The translations under genes and the position numbers were made by a program. A stretch of 64,000 bases of DNA from Lingula anatina (Eukaryota > Animalia > Brachiopoda): positions 27,222,848 through 27,286,847 of the forward strand of contig CM120643.1 of the NCBI GenBank assembly GCA_051362555.1, written 5' to 3'. Below the pieces are notes generated by a model, which saw only the letters and a list, made by a program, of their open reading frames with translations, did not search any database and had not been told where the DNA came from. Numbering within the stretch: the first letter of the stretch is position 1; the number at the start of each line of letters is the position of its first letter. Positions 27,201-40,644 of the stretch are shown here, piece after piece.

Positions 27201-29193
27201 GTTCCGTTTTGTGTGATATTGATCCATTCTTTCTAAAAAGCTTGGCGAAATTGGTCAAGATTATTTGGGGATTAGTACTCTCCTGCATTTAACACTCCAA
27301 TTCATGACACGGGTGCTCATTGGGGTTGATATTATGGCTCAAGGATGTTTGTCCAATCCTCAGAACATTCTGTCTCTGCAACAAATCACTCACCAGACGA
27401 AAGTTGTGAGCAAGTGCGTTGACACGATGAAGCCAGTACCATCCCTGAAGTCACCTCTTGCAAATGGAGTGAGATATCTGTTGAGAGCATTCTGTTCCAG
27501 AGGGAACAATGTACTGATGCTATGGGCTTGGAATGCTCTCCAAATGTGGACTGATCTGACACTCAGGCGATATGATCCTGCATCAACCCTTCCAAGAGGC
27601 ATTGTCTACGGTCTACGGACTTGCAACATGTCTACGGACCATCATTTTGCCATAGATAGGGTACAGGAAATACCTTAATTCTTCAACAAAACCAGTTTCC
27701 TTTTCAGTGATGGCTGACCAGGTTCCGGTACCTCTAGGGTAACTGAACGTAATTTTCTCAACTTATATCTCACTAATCTGCAAGAGCTACCCTGAGTGTC
27801 AGAGCAACGTAAAAGCTAACTAGCTTAAATATACCTTGTGATGGAGTCGCTTTTACTATAGCTCTGACGAACAGCGACAATCTGAGGGCGTTTTTCTTCA
27901 AAATTTTGCCTGGGGCACTTCCATATTTGGAAGTCACACGTCACAGCTGTGTCCGCCTGGATCCATATTTGGAAGTCATAAGTCTCGTGCGTCACAGGTT
28001 TGGCCGCCTGGAGCTGCCTTTCCCGCCTCGCGCTGAAGTTATCTCGTGCAGACGAGACAAGAAGAAAAGTGCCTGACGAAGTTTGAATTGAAAATATCTT
28101 GCAGTCGAAGGTCAGTGCCACAATAGAAGCAACATTCTGCTTTAACAACTGATTTTGGTGTAGCCATTGCGCAGCCCTTATAGTGGTATCGGGCATACAG
28201 TGTAGCTGTCAAATTTGACACACGGCAAGCACGTGTATTGCGCACGTGTACATCTCAGGACTAAATGTTCATTGATAAGCAAAAAATACAAGAACATTGG
28301 ATATATCTTTTCTGTTCAAAGAATATTATTTATTTTTTCACTTTACATCTTAAATACAGCAAACAAAATTAAATAAAGCAGAATTAAAATTGTTTTACGT
28401 TTCATTTTGGTCTGATGACATTCAACTGCAGATTCACTGCGAAGCAGTTCTATTTGATTGACGGAAGTGTAACATGCATATGGCTGCTGTTCACTAGAGC
28501 CGGTATTGTTGATATGGGTTATATATGAAATCAAGATCGAGCTGGCAATACCGGAATCTAGAACCTAGGGTAGCAAGAGCTGACTTCGAGGTTAAATCCA
28601 GGATTCATCATGACAACACACTTGCTCGCAGAGCTTATCGCGCCGCCTACAGGAGATTAGTGCAGTGCGCAGTAGACAAATACACTATTAGGCACGCGAC
28701 CTTTAACGAGCACATCCTAATGCTAATTGTATGTTAATTTGGTGACATTTGGTGCTGGCATTCCAATTTTATGGACATTTCTTTACCTCTGTGGAAGCCC
28801 CAGTGAAACACTGAATTTGAGGGGTAACATGTTTTAAATCTGAATAAATGGTATGGAATATTTTGTATATTCTTAACCATTAATCATGTCATATACGGCA
28901 TCTGAAATTAAAAAAAAAACACTGTTTATGACAATTTACACCTCATTTGTAAATAATTGGGAGTGGGACAACCTTTTTGGCCAATGCTGTATGACTGTTG
29001 TTGCGTTGTTTGGCTATTAGAGTAATGAGTACATGTAATACTTCTACTAAATGTTTATAGTTGTGTTGACAGGTAAAGACAAAGGACGGGACTTGGTGCC
29101 CCGTGTTGCCAGTGCCTGGAACCGTCGGAGTGTTTGTTGATCTGTTGTTACAAAGATGGACGGCTGACAAACTGAAAGCTACGGTAGGTACAG

Positions 29194-29239
<46 letters not shown>

Positions 29240-29959
29240 GTAGACCTGTCTCTATCAGGCACATAAATGCTGTACAAATACACACGCGCGCGCTCGCGCA
29301 CCATGTTCTCACTCTCCATGGAGAAAGTAGCCCATGTACGTGTAGATACGGCACATACACCTCATACAATGTCAGCAGCCTTTGTTTAGTATTACAGATA
29401 CAAAATGAAAGAATTTCGGACCAATATATGACCATGCTACCTTGATTCCATACAGTAGCCCGATGAGTGATATCATATTAGTGGACCTCTACAGTTCGAT
29501 TTTTCTCGAAATGGACCAATATTTGTTGGTAAAATTTGATACAAATTGTCGTTCCAAGCTCTGTTGTGAACCCAGTGTCGTGTGCAAAAGACTCTCCTGT
29601 AATACAGAGTCCACCTCCTGGTGATACATGTATGTACAGGTAAGCCCTTTCTTTGAGTCCAGCCCATTTATGTCAGACCAACCCTTACCTGTATAAACCT
29701 AATGGGGGACGGACTCTGTTCCACGGACCCCCAGTTTACTCACAGTGGACTCATCTGTCACCCTGACCATGTTTTATTTTTTTACTCGCAGGTGCACAGG
29801 GTGATTATGCCAGGGGGCAAGTGCCCAGCCCGCCAGTCCATTATCCAACTTATCGCTCCTGATGACGATGTGGAAGTGAAATGCGTGGACGGATCCGACA
29901 CGTACGAACCCGTCAACGCGAGATCTTTCGTTACTGGGATATTTGACAAGACATATTAA
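20693..29959 (+). CDS. 2-oxoglutarate/Fe(II) dioxygenase, IPNS-like (DIOX_N + 2OG-FeII_Oxy), paralogue A, 311 aa
   Basis: Exons 20693-20857, 21751-21878, 22249-22312, 22584-22694, 23429-23528, 23777-23865, 29073-29183 and 29792-29959 total 936 nt and are open. Motifs IPVIDF, FFELP, DLKESF, RCNYYP, HAD (HxD), VHRV, RQS (RxS). Confidence 0.92.
25047..25108. repeat. Perfect palindrome, 30-bp arms with 2-nt spacer
   Basis: AATTAGTAAGCTTGCCAACTGATGACAGTT-AA-AACTGTCATCAGTTGGCAAGCTTACTAATT. Confidence 0.95.
27788..28572. mobile_element. TACCCT...AGGGTA element copy 2 (inverted relative to copy 1), nested in the 4.7-kb element
   Basis: TSD GCAAGAGC at 27780-27787 and 28573-28580; high identity to 5704-6479. 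Confidence 0.9.
29194..29238. repeat. (CT)n microsatellite
   Basis: Read directly; intron 7 of dioxygenase A. Confidence 0.9.
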
Positions 29960-30929
29960 CATTACAAAGGACTGATCATCTGAAGCCTTATATATAGGTT
30001 TATATCTTTGGGCAGGTGTTGGTATTACGTAAGAACTTACGGCTACAGTAAATGCTTTAACTTCAACATCGAAAATATGGCTGAAGGCCGGACAAAACTT
30101 AAATTGCTTAACGATCAAAGGACCCTTATTTTGAGGACATTCAGATTTTTTGCACCTATGTTTTCTTTATTTTCAAATGGAAAATTTAAAATACATTGGT
30201 ATCGGTTTGTTTAGCGGAAAAAAATTAAAAGGTACCTTTAGATACCTTTAACCGATAACTCACCGGTTGTCGGCACCACGGAACCGTATTTCATAGAAAA
30301 TTAAAGAGTCAGAGTATGCATGATGGTGATGCCAAGAAAGTGCTGAATACATAGTGACCAGTGTGACAGAAACCCTGCCTTTGCAATGGATATAAAGATG
30401 CTTCTGCTAGAAATTTAACCAGGGAATGACCCAGCGCTAGTGGAGATGGGAATGGGCTATCTCCCACTTACTGTAATGTGCCATACATTTTGACTGCTGT
30501 TGAATTTGCTTAATTACTTCTCTCTGAGGAAACTCACATAAAAATTATTACCATGAGTATCTGTGTACACACCAAACACTCTTTTCGTAGTTTGTTTTAT
30601 ATGACTCTCAAATTCCTTGTGGATTCACTTTCCAATATTAAAATCTAGTAGAAAATAACAGTTGTTTATTACTTGTAATTTAGAGCATGCAATTATGTTT
30701 TTCAATGTATCTTTCAAGACTGATTAAATGTTTGAATAGTTGTGTTGTAACATGCGTTCCAATTGGGGTGCAATCATAAGTTTTCCATTCTTACTTCCAC
30801 AAAGCTTGAGGTCATAAGACCTGTTTTATGCAAGTCGTTGAGTAAAAGGATTCTTTTTATTCTACTGTAAGAACGAAAAAACAGCATGTGATGAGAGCCT
30901 AAATAAACTTTTGTACTGAATACCCCACC

Positions 30930-31370
30930 ATCATCCTAATGGCGATTTTTTTATTCCAGACATAACATGGTTAGTGGTACAGATAATACAAACTAGCGGT
31001 GAAGATATCCATATTTAATACCATTTATTCACATTTATTACATGTACCCCTTACATCCGATGTTCCACTGTCATTTCCACAGAGGTAAATGCATGCCCAT
31101 TAAATTGAAAAGACACCACCAAATGTCACCAATTTTACACACATTTAGCATAAGTGTGTTCTCGATAAAGACCGTGTGTGTTTCCCGCGTACTGTAATAA
31201 CCTCCTGTAGACGGCGCCGTTGTCTACCACAAGGGTAACAATTCTGTTTTGTGGGATATTGTCCCATGTTTCCTAAAAGTTTGTCAGGACTATTTGGAGT
31301 TAGGTTTTCCTCTGGATTGCACACTTTAAATTATACCACGGGTGCTCTTTAGGCTTATTATCAGGACTCA
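30930..31370. mobile_element. Fragment related to the TIR and interior of the 4.7-kb element
   Basis: TACCATTTATTCACAT..CACCAAATGTCACCAA matches the TIR. 31230-31350 resembles 27190-27330. Confidence 0.65.
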
Positions 31371-31439
31371 AAGATGGTATCTCCAGCTTCACGGGGTATA
31401 CAAGTCACGGTGCTCGTATATATATATACATTTATATAT

Positions 31440-31915
31440 GGACCATATATATGTAGAAGAGTATGTGCAATAGTCTCTGACAAAAAAATACGGGATACCA
31501 GACTACAGGAAGGGAAAAGAGACTTTGAAAAACAAAATTATCGTACGTTACTTATAAAAAAAGCAAAATTATTAACTATAGGAGAACTGAGAACGCCAAG
31601 AACAGAGGATGGGGAAAACGGCATCCCCTTTATCAACACTCATGATCCAGATGTAACAAACATATTCCATATGGTAGAGACCAATACTCCTCTCCTGATG
31701 GCAAGTGACAACCCAAAATCTAAAAAAAAAAATTAACAAGGGCAAAATTTGACTTTAACAAACAAACAATATTCACAGTTAGTACATGTGGAGAGTCACG
31801 CGACATTTACAGTAAAGACAATTATGATTACCTACAAATAAACAACAGGAAAACTTTCAAAAATGGAAAGGCTTTCAAAGTCAATGCCAACATGACTTGC
31901 AACTCTATAGGAATT
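31440..31915 (+). mobile_element. Penelope-like retroelement remnant (RT C-terminal/linker region)
   Basis: RRVCAIVSDKKIRDTRLQE..QNY..IPFINTHDP..NIFH, followed by degenerate CGESR..FKVNANMTCNS. This resembles the region preceding the GIY-YIG domain in Penelope-like elements. Confidence 0.7.
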
Positions 31916-32102
31916 TATTTTAATACGTCACATCCTCTCACCGACCCATTGTCTTTCTGTTGATTAGTTGCCTACATGTAGTGGCCTTAAATTAAATTTG
32001 GTTGTAATTGACACTTTGAATATATGGGCTAAGGTCAACCCATATTGTTATTTTGCGATTTTGATGGATTTTCATATAATCTGGAATCTGCTTGCCATCC
32101 GC

Positions 32103-33167
32103 TTATGCACTGGCAAATGTCTCATTGATTTTCCTCATGTCAGACAACATCGTGCCCTGCCTTGTGTTGGGATCTGTGACAGTATGCTCACCCGCCTGTC
32201 TCTTCTTGATCTTAGAGACAAATTCTTCATATACCTCTCGATTACAAACCAAAGACCCAAGGACGAAGACACCGTCAAGAGTTGCCAGGACAATAAAGAC
32301 ATACCACAGGGCCTCTGTGTGGAAAAGGGGCGCCAAAAATCCGAACGTCCAGTTTGCACCCAGAACGACAAACAGTTTGACGTATATGCCAATCGGATGC
32401 TCTTGGCTTGTGTTTTTCAGCTTAGATGTCCTGGCAACCGCTTTACGCAACAGCCTCGCACAGTGGATGTAGAGACCAAGATTGGAGACGATGGCGACCC
32501 CGACAGGCGACACCAGGAAGATAATGAATGGGTATTTACGCGATATCCAACACAATCTTATCCCGTAGCCTGGCTGGAATGCTGGATCCATTTCAACATG
32601 GTTGATCACTATGGCGATGGTTACTATGGCTACGGGAACAAGAAAAGCATATGTACAATACAGGGTGAAGAGACGCCTCTTAGCACCGGCAGTGTCAAAC
32701 TTCATAGCGGCCGTGAAATTTAAGGCACGGCACATGTCGATGGCCAATATATTCATCCAGAAAAAGGATGGCCATAACTTTACAAACGCCTTCTGACATC
32801 ACAGCAAAGGGAGCAAGAAGTAAAATAAGTTTTGAAAATAATAACGTCAAACACAGACAAAGCTGTAAACGCGCTGGAAAAGTGGCGTACTTCTTGATAC
32901 AGGGCTGAATAATGATCCGTGTCGAAAGACAGATTATTGAAACACTCAAGCAGACGATAGTTACAAGCCCCATGGTGCCAGATGCATTCGGTATCATAGG
33001 TGGCAGAAATGTCTCCAAGACGCTCTCATTTTGCTGCTGACCATTGTGAGCGCCATCTGTTTCCTCCGAAATAGGGGGAAGACCATCGACAGTAGGTCCT
33101 ACCGGTACTTCTTCCTCGCCTTTCAAAGATGGGTCCTCGAGAGAGTAAACCTTATGAATGATCAAAG

Positions 33168-33206
<39 letters not shown>

Positions 33207-35685
33207 GTTGTTGTTGTTGTTGTTGACTGAGGCTGAGATCGGCTCTTAGCTAAGTATCAACCCGAAGCTGGGATACTTACCGCCGCCGAAAGCGAAGGTC
33301 AGTTAACCTAGCTGAGCGTTGATCCAGTAAAACGTGACCAAAGTACTAACATAATCTACCAGTAAACTACTTTTTTACATAATCACGAGTTTTTAAAATA
33401 TTTAAAAATAAGTCCGTAACTCACTGATGAGGGATCTGACTCATGCAGTTTACGTGTAGATTTAAGATGGTGTAATGCGTTGATTAGGAGGTAAAACACT
33501 ACATGTATAATAATTGACCGCTCGTGATTGCCTCTCAACCAATCGTCAAACATCAAAATACGTGGTCACGTAACAAAATGAAGTAATGAATACATAAGTA
33601 AGTAATTTATGAGTTTTTCAGGGTGCTTCGATAACAACAACGTCAAACCTTTGAAACACAAACTTACAGCCATAAACAGTATAATATAATAACGTTAATT
33701 TTGTCAGGGCAAGTAGGATTGAAAGCCTGTAAATTAAACTAATTTACCTTTTGTATGTTGGTGTTCACTCTCGCTAAAATAAAGGGAAAGAAGTCGTCGT
33801 CGTGCTCTAGGAGAGTACCTGACTGGATATCGTGGACCGCCGTCTTCACACTCTCGGTGATATTCGGTCGTTTTCGTCTTACACGAAGCTTGAAGCTCAG
33901 TGAGCAGTTGACGGTAGCCGCCAGAGGTTGGAAATGAATGTCGTTATGAACAGTGCTTAGATATAAGGTTGACAGATACGTATACCCTAGATTTGCTGCC
34001 CAGTACAAAAGTTCCTCTTCGGTGGTGTTCCAATCTACCTTAGCCCATTCTGATGTAATATTCCACGTAAGGTCGAAATCAACCAGATAGATGTCCCATT
34101 GATAACGACAAGCTCCATCTACCAGCTCGTAATCTGGCAGGCAAGAAATCGGCCGACAATCGCCGAAGCCAACAGCCCCCTCTTTGCACGATAGAGTTTC
34201 CACCTCGCTTTCTACGTCCCTCCGTAAGAGGCCAACGCTGAGCCCTGTAGAGAGATTAAAGCCCATGAGCACCGAGAATGAAAAACCACTCAGACGGGCT
34301 ACATCTTCTTTAACCTTTGAGATATCGAGATCAAGGCATCCTATCTCGATGACTGAGGCGTTGTCACATATGGCGCAGAACTGATTCTTGTACGTGGCGC
34401 CCAAAAAGCGGACAGGGTTGTTGAATTTCCTGCACATGTCCGCCATATGGGTGCTATTGCATGTTTCTGAGCATGTAGATATGTTTATTCCTGTGTCACA
34501 CTTGTGTACTGCTGTGTTTTTAGGCGGATTGACCGTCGGAAGGCAAGCGGAGAGCAAATCAAGATCTGACAAGTTTAGTGTCGTGACGGCATCTGTGCAA
34601 TCGTAGTCATGAGACCAAAAGGTGTAGTTCGTTATGTCATTGCAGATGGCACAGAACACGTTTTTGAAGTGTAGACGTGTGGACAGATCGGTGACGGGGG
34701 TGATGTAGGCTGCCTCTCTTCGCGCACTGAAACAGCCCTCCTCGTATTCACTTCCTGTCCATTTGTCGGCGCACTGCTCCCCTAAAACTCGAACGCCAAT
34801 ATCACTCTTGTCACTCCAGCAGATCGGTTTGCCTGGAACGTCGCCAACCTTTATCTGACTTCCCGATGGATCTTTTTTGCATTCGTAAGGAAAATCAAAA
34901 CAACAATCTCCATATATTTCACAAAAATCGTTGCAAGAGCAAGCCATTGTAACAATTTTGGCGTTGAAACTAGTGCTGTCAAATATGCTGTCATGGAAAG
35001 ACATTCCACAAGCACCGGAACAAGTGTACTTCCACGACGGAATTGCGTTTTCACAAGTCACAATTGCTGAGGTATGTTGCATGAACGTTTCGGTGTTGTT
35101 CGCGTTAGATGCACAAAAGTCTTGTATCTCTCCTTGTGGTACTAAAGTTGGATGTAATTCAGGTATAGCTGAGGGGTGTCCATATGACGACCAGAAGAGT
35201 TCACTGTCTCCTTTATTGAAGTAATACTGATATGAGCCCATATCCTCCAATGACTGGGTTGCAGTTTCGAAAGCATTTGTGGCATGGACATTTCCGTCAT
35301 GAACTTCCAACGCACCTGCAATAGATGCCTCACTTGTATCTGTTTTAGCAGCGTCGATATTACTGGATTTCGTGGAACCACCTCCGTGCCCGTTTGGCTG
35401 TGTCGAAGGGCTGGTTGTTAAGTTGTTAGGGTCTTCTATGGTATTGGCTGTTACGTTACTCTGTGTGTGCATGGACTCCTCCGTAATTTGGTATGGAGTG
35501 ACAGAAGTGAAGTCAACAGTACTAGTATTTTGAAAGGACGCGTTTCTTTCTTGTCTCTCCCTGTCTTCGGCGTGTTTGTTCCTTACGTTGCTAAGTTGTT
35601 TATGGCTTTCTATGGCACCAGTCACGGTAAAATTAATATCTGTCATGGTCATAATGAAAAACAACAAGTTCATCATCCACGCCAT
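32103..35685 (-). pseudogene. SMB-domain class B (adhesion/Methuselah-like) 7TM receptor with a frameshifting deletion in TM3
   Basis: Exon 35685-33748 encodes a signal peptide, S/T-rich stalk, SMB-like CSCNDFCEIYGDCCFDF and two (F/Y)KNxFCAIC repeats. Exon 33150-32103 encodes TM1-7 (WMNILAIDM, PGYGIRLCWIS, YVKLFVVLGANWTFGFL). The frame changes at ~32760-32770. Confidence 0.85.
33169..33225. repeat. (TTA)n(TTG)n compound microsatellite
   Basis: Read directly, in the GPCR intron; it creates the spurious poly-Leu ORF. Confidence 0.9.
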
Positions 35686-36785
35686 GTTGGCTTATAACTC
35701 ACTTGGGCAGCTTGTACTATGTATAAATATTCTTTTTGATGACCTTGATTTTCTTGTGGAACTTCACAAATTCCGAACTCTCCTTATTGTACCGTGTACA
35801 GGCATGAGATGGAATTAGAAAATGTTTTCAGTAATCTAAGGTTACCCCTTGAGGACTTCGATGCTCTTCATCCCCTAATACTGTGTCTGTGTGAATACTA
35901 CTAGTACAGTATTTTAAGTTGGTTTGAGTGTAACGAATTAGAACATACATATGAATATCCTGACTGACGACGTTGAGTTTTCTACGTTTGCACGTAAATG
36001 AATGCTTACTTGGACGAAAATTTAAGTTCGGATTCTTTGACGATCAGTGAACAAGTTGATATTCCTTTACAGGTACCGTGGCAAACGCGGTTAGCACTAA
36101 CAAAAGACAGTCATATTATTACCAGAGTATTCTCTTGCAGCTCCTATGGGACTCTTGGTATTAGTGGCGCATACATCAAGAATTCTCCACGCACAATTTA
36201 ACTAGGAGGTTACAACAGAGATTCTAGTCCATGCCGTAGATAACTGGCCCCTCCTTCTTTACAATGAAAAACAAATGTCTGATTAAACTATGCGTATGTT
36301 GGCGTATTAGACAAATACACTGATGTTATTTAACACTTTAGTAAAAGTTATAAATTCTTGGTTTTTATGGTGTCTTCTGAAATCTTACCAACATGTACAC
36401 TATGCCGTACAAACTGTATATACATATTCTGAGCAGTGTCCGCGTATGTCCTTTAGATTGATGGCAGACAAGTCAATCGCCGACTTGTCAACGTATAGGT
36501 ACGGTCGCATGTGCCCTTCCCTCAACAGCTACATGTAACAACTGACACGACCCTTTTTATAGCGCGCTGTTGCTGCGCTGTCTTTCCTTCGCTCTTTACA
36601 ATCAATTAGCAAATTGACGTTGAATCGTGACTGGTCTTAAGTGTGAAGCATGAATAAAACACTCTTAAAGACCCAACCATGTGTTATCTGAAGGATCGAG
36701 ATGCGTCTTATGATCAGAACCTGCTCCAGTGAACTTATTTCCAGCCGTGCGTGTCTTTTCTTCTTGAAATGGCGGTTGATGCATT

Positions 36786-36827
<42 letters not shown>

Positions 36828-38153
36828 TTTATTGAGCATTAAAATGTGTACAGTTACATTTTACAAGCTCTCTAAACTACAGTTTTACATAAATTGTAAT
36901 TGTATACACTTAAATAAGTATAACTTCTTTAGATCATTCTATTGCCAAAATACATGTAAGCTAACTACTTCATTCATATAGCTGACAATAGTAAGACACA
37001 ATATAATAATACTGAATATAGTATTTTGTACAATATGCATTTGCTACTTAGGCATAACTGACTGTATAAACTTGGCCACTGCTGATGCACTTGCACGACA
37101 CTGTGGGAATACCACATACTTTATATACCACATGTAGAACTAACATCTTGTGATTAGGGCGGTAGTGGGTGCGCCTGTAGAATTGATTTATGGACTTTTA
37201 CAATAAAAATTTAGACAACACTACGTAATATCATATATTATATATATCATATATTAATTGTGATGGATAACTTTCTAAATCATTTTAAATGAAACGCAGG
37301 ACATACGCATCATTTATTTAGACCAAACTCGTCATTCTCATTGTTATCTTTTAGCACTACATTAGTCTCCATGGTGCTGGTACCACATCAAAGCATCTTT
37401 TACCTCAAAGCACCCAGGCAATCGGCGTTGCTTCTATTGTTGGTAATATTTTATCAACGTTCCATTTGTGGGGGTGCGGTTATCACTAATCAAGTCATGT
37501 GCATTAATAGCCCATTAAGGTAGAACATAATATATTGGTGCGTTTACAGGCTGCGTTTTTGATAACATGAATATGTGTTCAGCGATAGTTAATTACCAGC
37601 TACAATTTTATTTACACAGTATTTAAATTATATAATGCCACTGGTCCATTTTTACTAGACCATGACCGTACAATATGCTTTATGACTATGGTTTGAGGCA
37701 ACAAATGAAGTATCAGGGTTTTGCTTCTCTGCATATTGAACCACAAACCAAGGTTTTTTATTGAAATCGGATTTATGTTTAGCCACACAGGCATGTGAAC
37801 ACTCACGAGAACACAAAAACAGCCAACAACAAAGTCATTATAGGGCACAATTCGAATAATGAAAAACTCTCCTAAATCTGGCTTTTTTGGCGGGGATATT
37901 AAGGAAAATTTTAGAAGTATTTTTAGAAGGACCGGACTAGGACAACATGATATGTGGATGTAAAAATGAAATAAAATACATAGTTCATCATTATTGTTCT
38001 GATTCCTCAGGTATCTCCAGTGACCTCTGAAACTCAGTGAAACTCTAGTGGGGAATTAAAAAGTTGGAGAATCAATTAAGGACGGGGATAAAGGTAGATA
38101 TTTTTAAGATCATGAGAGAAGCAGACTTTCAGGATGACGGAAGGCTACAATAA

Positions 38154-38368
38154 GGCTCTGTTCTCACAACTTTTAGATCGATCTATCACCGCGGGGAGTC
38201 TCACTAGATTACTGTCAGATAATCCCCCTTAAGTGTCCGTCCCCGCCTACTACAAGCTTTAAGGGGTAATTAACTTTCGTGTCCGCCCGGCTGACAGCTA
38301 TTTAGCGTGAACCCCCAGGGAGTTAGGTCGATCCAATGTAGGTCGATCTAATCTATGAGAATGGGGTG
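38154..38368. mobile_element. PIF/Harbinger (Tourist-like) MITE, ~215 bp, copy 1
   Basis: TAA flanks at 38151-38153 and 38369-38371; imperfect TIR containing TTAGATCGATCTA; second copy at 57134-57348. Confidence 0.75.
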
Positions 38369-38374
38369 TAAGAA

Positions 38375-40328
38375 ACGAGAGTTCATATTCCGCTATAGGA
38401 CTGTTTTTAACCATTACAGACCTTAACTATAGGTTCAAATACTTTCTTAATACAGTTGTACAATACTATGACATGTCAGATAATGAATCATATGATTTTA
38501 CATGATTACATAATGTTACCGAATTCACATAACAGCGGTACAAGTATGTAGGAATACTTTCCTTTGCATGTAGCTATAGATTTGACCAAAATTAAATTAC
38601 TCAATATCTCCTTAAGACGGAAAAAAAGATTGCCCGCCTTATAGCATTATGTATACAGATGACAGTCTGTTAGGTTCATTAAAATGTATGTCCATTAACG
38701 GATAAGTCTTTATTGAATATAAATGGGGAAGTGTACTTGACAAACAACACAAACCAATCGAGCTAATGGTCGATGAATATTTAAAGACATCGTTGTAGCT
38801 ATAGTAACGTCCATTTGCCAGCTTAATAACACAGGAATTTGTATGGCTAGGGCATCTTTTATTTTATAAAAACCAATTTTATTATTTGATGGAATTTATG
38901 AGTATTTATTTTGTATCAAATGACATTTTCACAATAAAACAAAAAGAAATGTAAAATTGATGGCCAGAAAATAGTATAATATTATCACTTTATTCGTGCC
39001 TCGGCATTTGAAACACTAAAATCGACAATTGTTCTTCATATATTTTGAAATTTCTGTGTTATATTAAATTCAAACATTTGTATGCAGAAAGCATTTGTTG
39101 AACAATATTGTGGAACAATAGTGGATCTAAGCTGTAGAAAAAAGCGTTGAGTCTAAAGAGAATCTCTGCTTTTATGGGCAACAAGTGGTCTTTTTAAAGA
39201 TCACTGTGCTAATTGTAACTGTCACCAGGTGTGCGAGAAAGGTACCACAAATGATGTTTGATTTTAACTATTGCGGATGCCCTTTTTTTCAGTGATAGGC
39301 AAAATAAATAGCCAGCGAATTAAACTGTTACGTGTCTGTATGCCTGTATGTTCCACTTCATGTACAGTGTATGTTGCCCATATACCCGGTATTATTATGT
39401 CCTAATTCTGTCTGATTGGCATAAACCGCAGCAACCATGAACCGTGAAATCGGATTTATGATTGCCCTGCTATGCCCCGTTTTGCAATACAGGCATCGAA
39501 TATTGAAAAACTCTCCTAAACCGTGCGTTTTTTTTTCTTTTTCTTTTTTTTTTCAGCATGACTGAGAGCTCCAACAAGAAACATGAGTTCATATTCCCTT
39601 ATAGAACTGTTTTTATCACTCAATTTCTTTATCCATAGGTTCAAATACTTTCTTAATACAAGACTATGTTGTGTCAGATAATGAATCATATGATTTTACA
39701 TGATAACATAATGTAAAATAATTCACATAACAGCGGTACAAGTATGTAGGAATACTTTCCATTTACATGTAGCTGTAGATTTGACCAAAATTAAATTACT
39801 CAATATCTCCTTAAGACGGAAAAAATCCCGTGCCGTGTACAAGAAATATGATTGCAGCCTTATAGCATTATGTATACAGATGACAGTCTATTAGGTTCAT
39901 TAAAATGTATGTCCATTAACGGATCAGTCTTTATTGAATATAAATGGGGAAATTTACTTGACAAACAACACAAACCAATCGAGCTAATGGTCAATGAATA
40001 TTTAAAGACATCGTTGTAGCTATAGTAACGTCCATTTGCCAGTTTAATAACACAGGCATTTGTATGGCTAGGGTATCTATTATTTTTTATTAAAAAAAAT
40101 TTTTATTCTTTGATGGAATTTATGGATATTTATTTTTTATCAAATGAAAGTATCACAACAAAACTAGAAGAAATGTAAAATTGATGGCCAGAAAATAGTA
40201 TAATATTATCACTTTATTCGTGCCTCGGCATTTGATACACTAAAATCGACAATTGTTTTTCATATATTTTGAAATTTCTGTGTTATATTAATTTCAAATA
40301 TTCGTATGCAGAAAACATTTGTTGAACA
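38375..40328. repeat. Tandem segmental duplication, ~750-bp core (38375-39105 vs 39582-40328)
   Basis: Long near-identical runs, e.g. GTCAGATAATGAATCATATGATTTTACATGAT and CACTTTATTCGTGCCTCGGCATTTGA. Weaker homology extends to ~37762/39445 and ~39190/41400. Confidence 0.9.
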
Positions 40329-40644
40329 TCTTTTTCACAAATGTTCAATTAAAACCTTGGAAATAGATATTGTCATATGTTAAAAAAACAACAAGCAATG
40401 TAGGGGAAGTTCAGGAAGTGCAACCCTCCTTCCCCCTTGTAGACATTTTTAATGCAAAATACCACGTTGGCATTTTTGCAGTTCTCCCCTGGGGGTCCAA
40501 TTACTAGAATCCAAATTTACTATAGAATCTATAACGTAAAATGCAAGCTAACAAAAATGATAATTTGATTTATGTGCGTGTGAAAGCAAACCTCAGGCGA
40601 GGTGCATTAGATGAGAGGAGTTTACGTAGATACAGTGGACCTAA

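Larger units (their letters stand above)
24270..28988. mobile_element. ~4.7-kb decayed DNA transposon with ~270-bp imperfect TIRs, in dioxygenase A intron 6
   Basis: 24276-24545 is the reverse complement of ~28720-28984 (e.g. AAATGTCCATAAAATTG..CAGCACCAAATGT). The equivalent intron in paralogue B is only 411 bp. Confidence 0.8.

Noticed and set aside
31968-32723. 251-aa plus-strand ORF
   Set aside because: Antisense shadow of the 7TM-coding exon; no recognisable motifs.
33031-33249. Poly-Leu, poly-Ile and poly-Asn ORFs (also 36751, 54562, 62488)
   Set aside because: Translations of TTA/ATA microsatellites.
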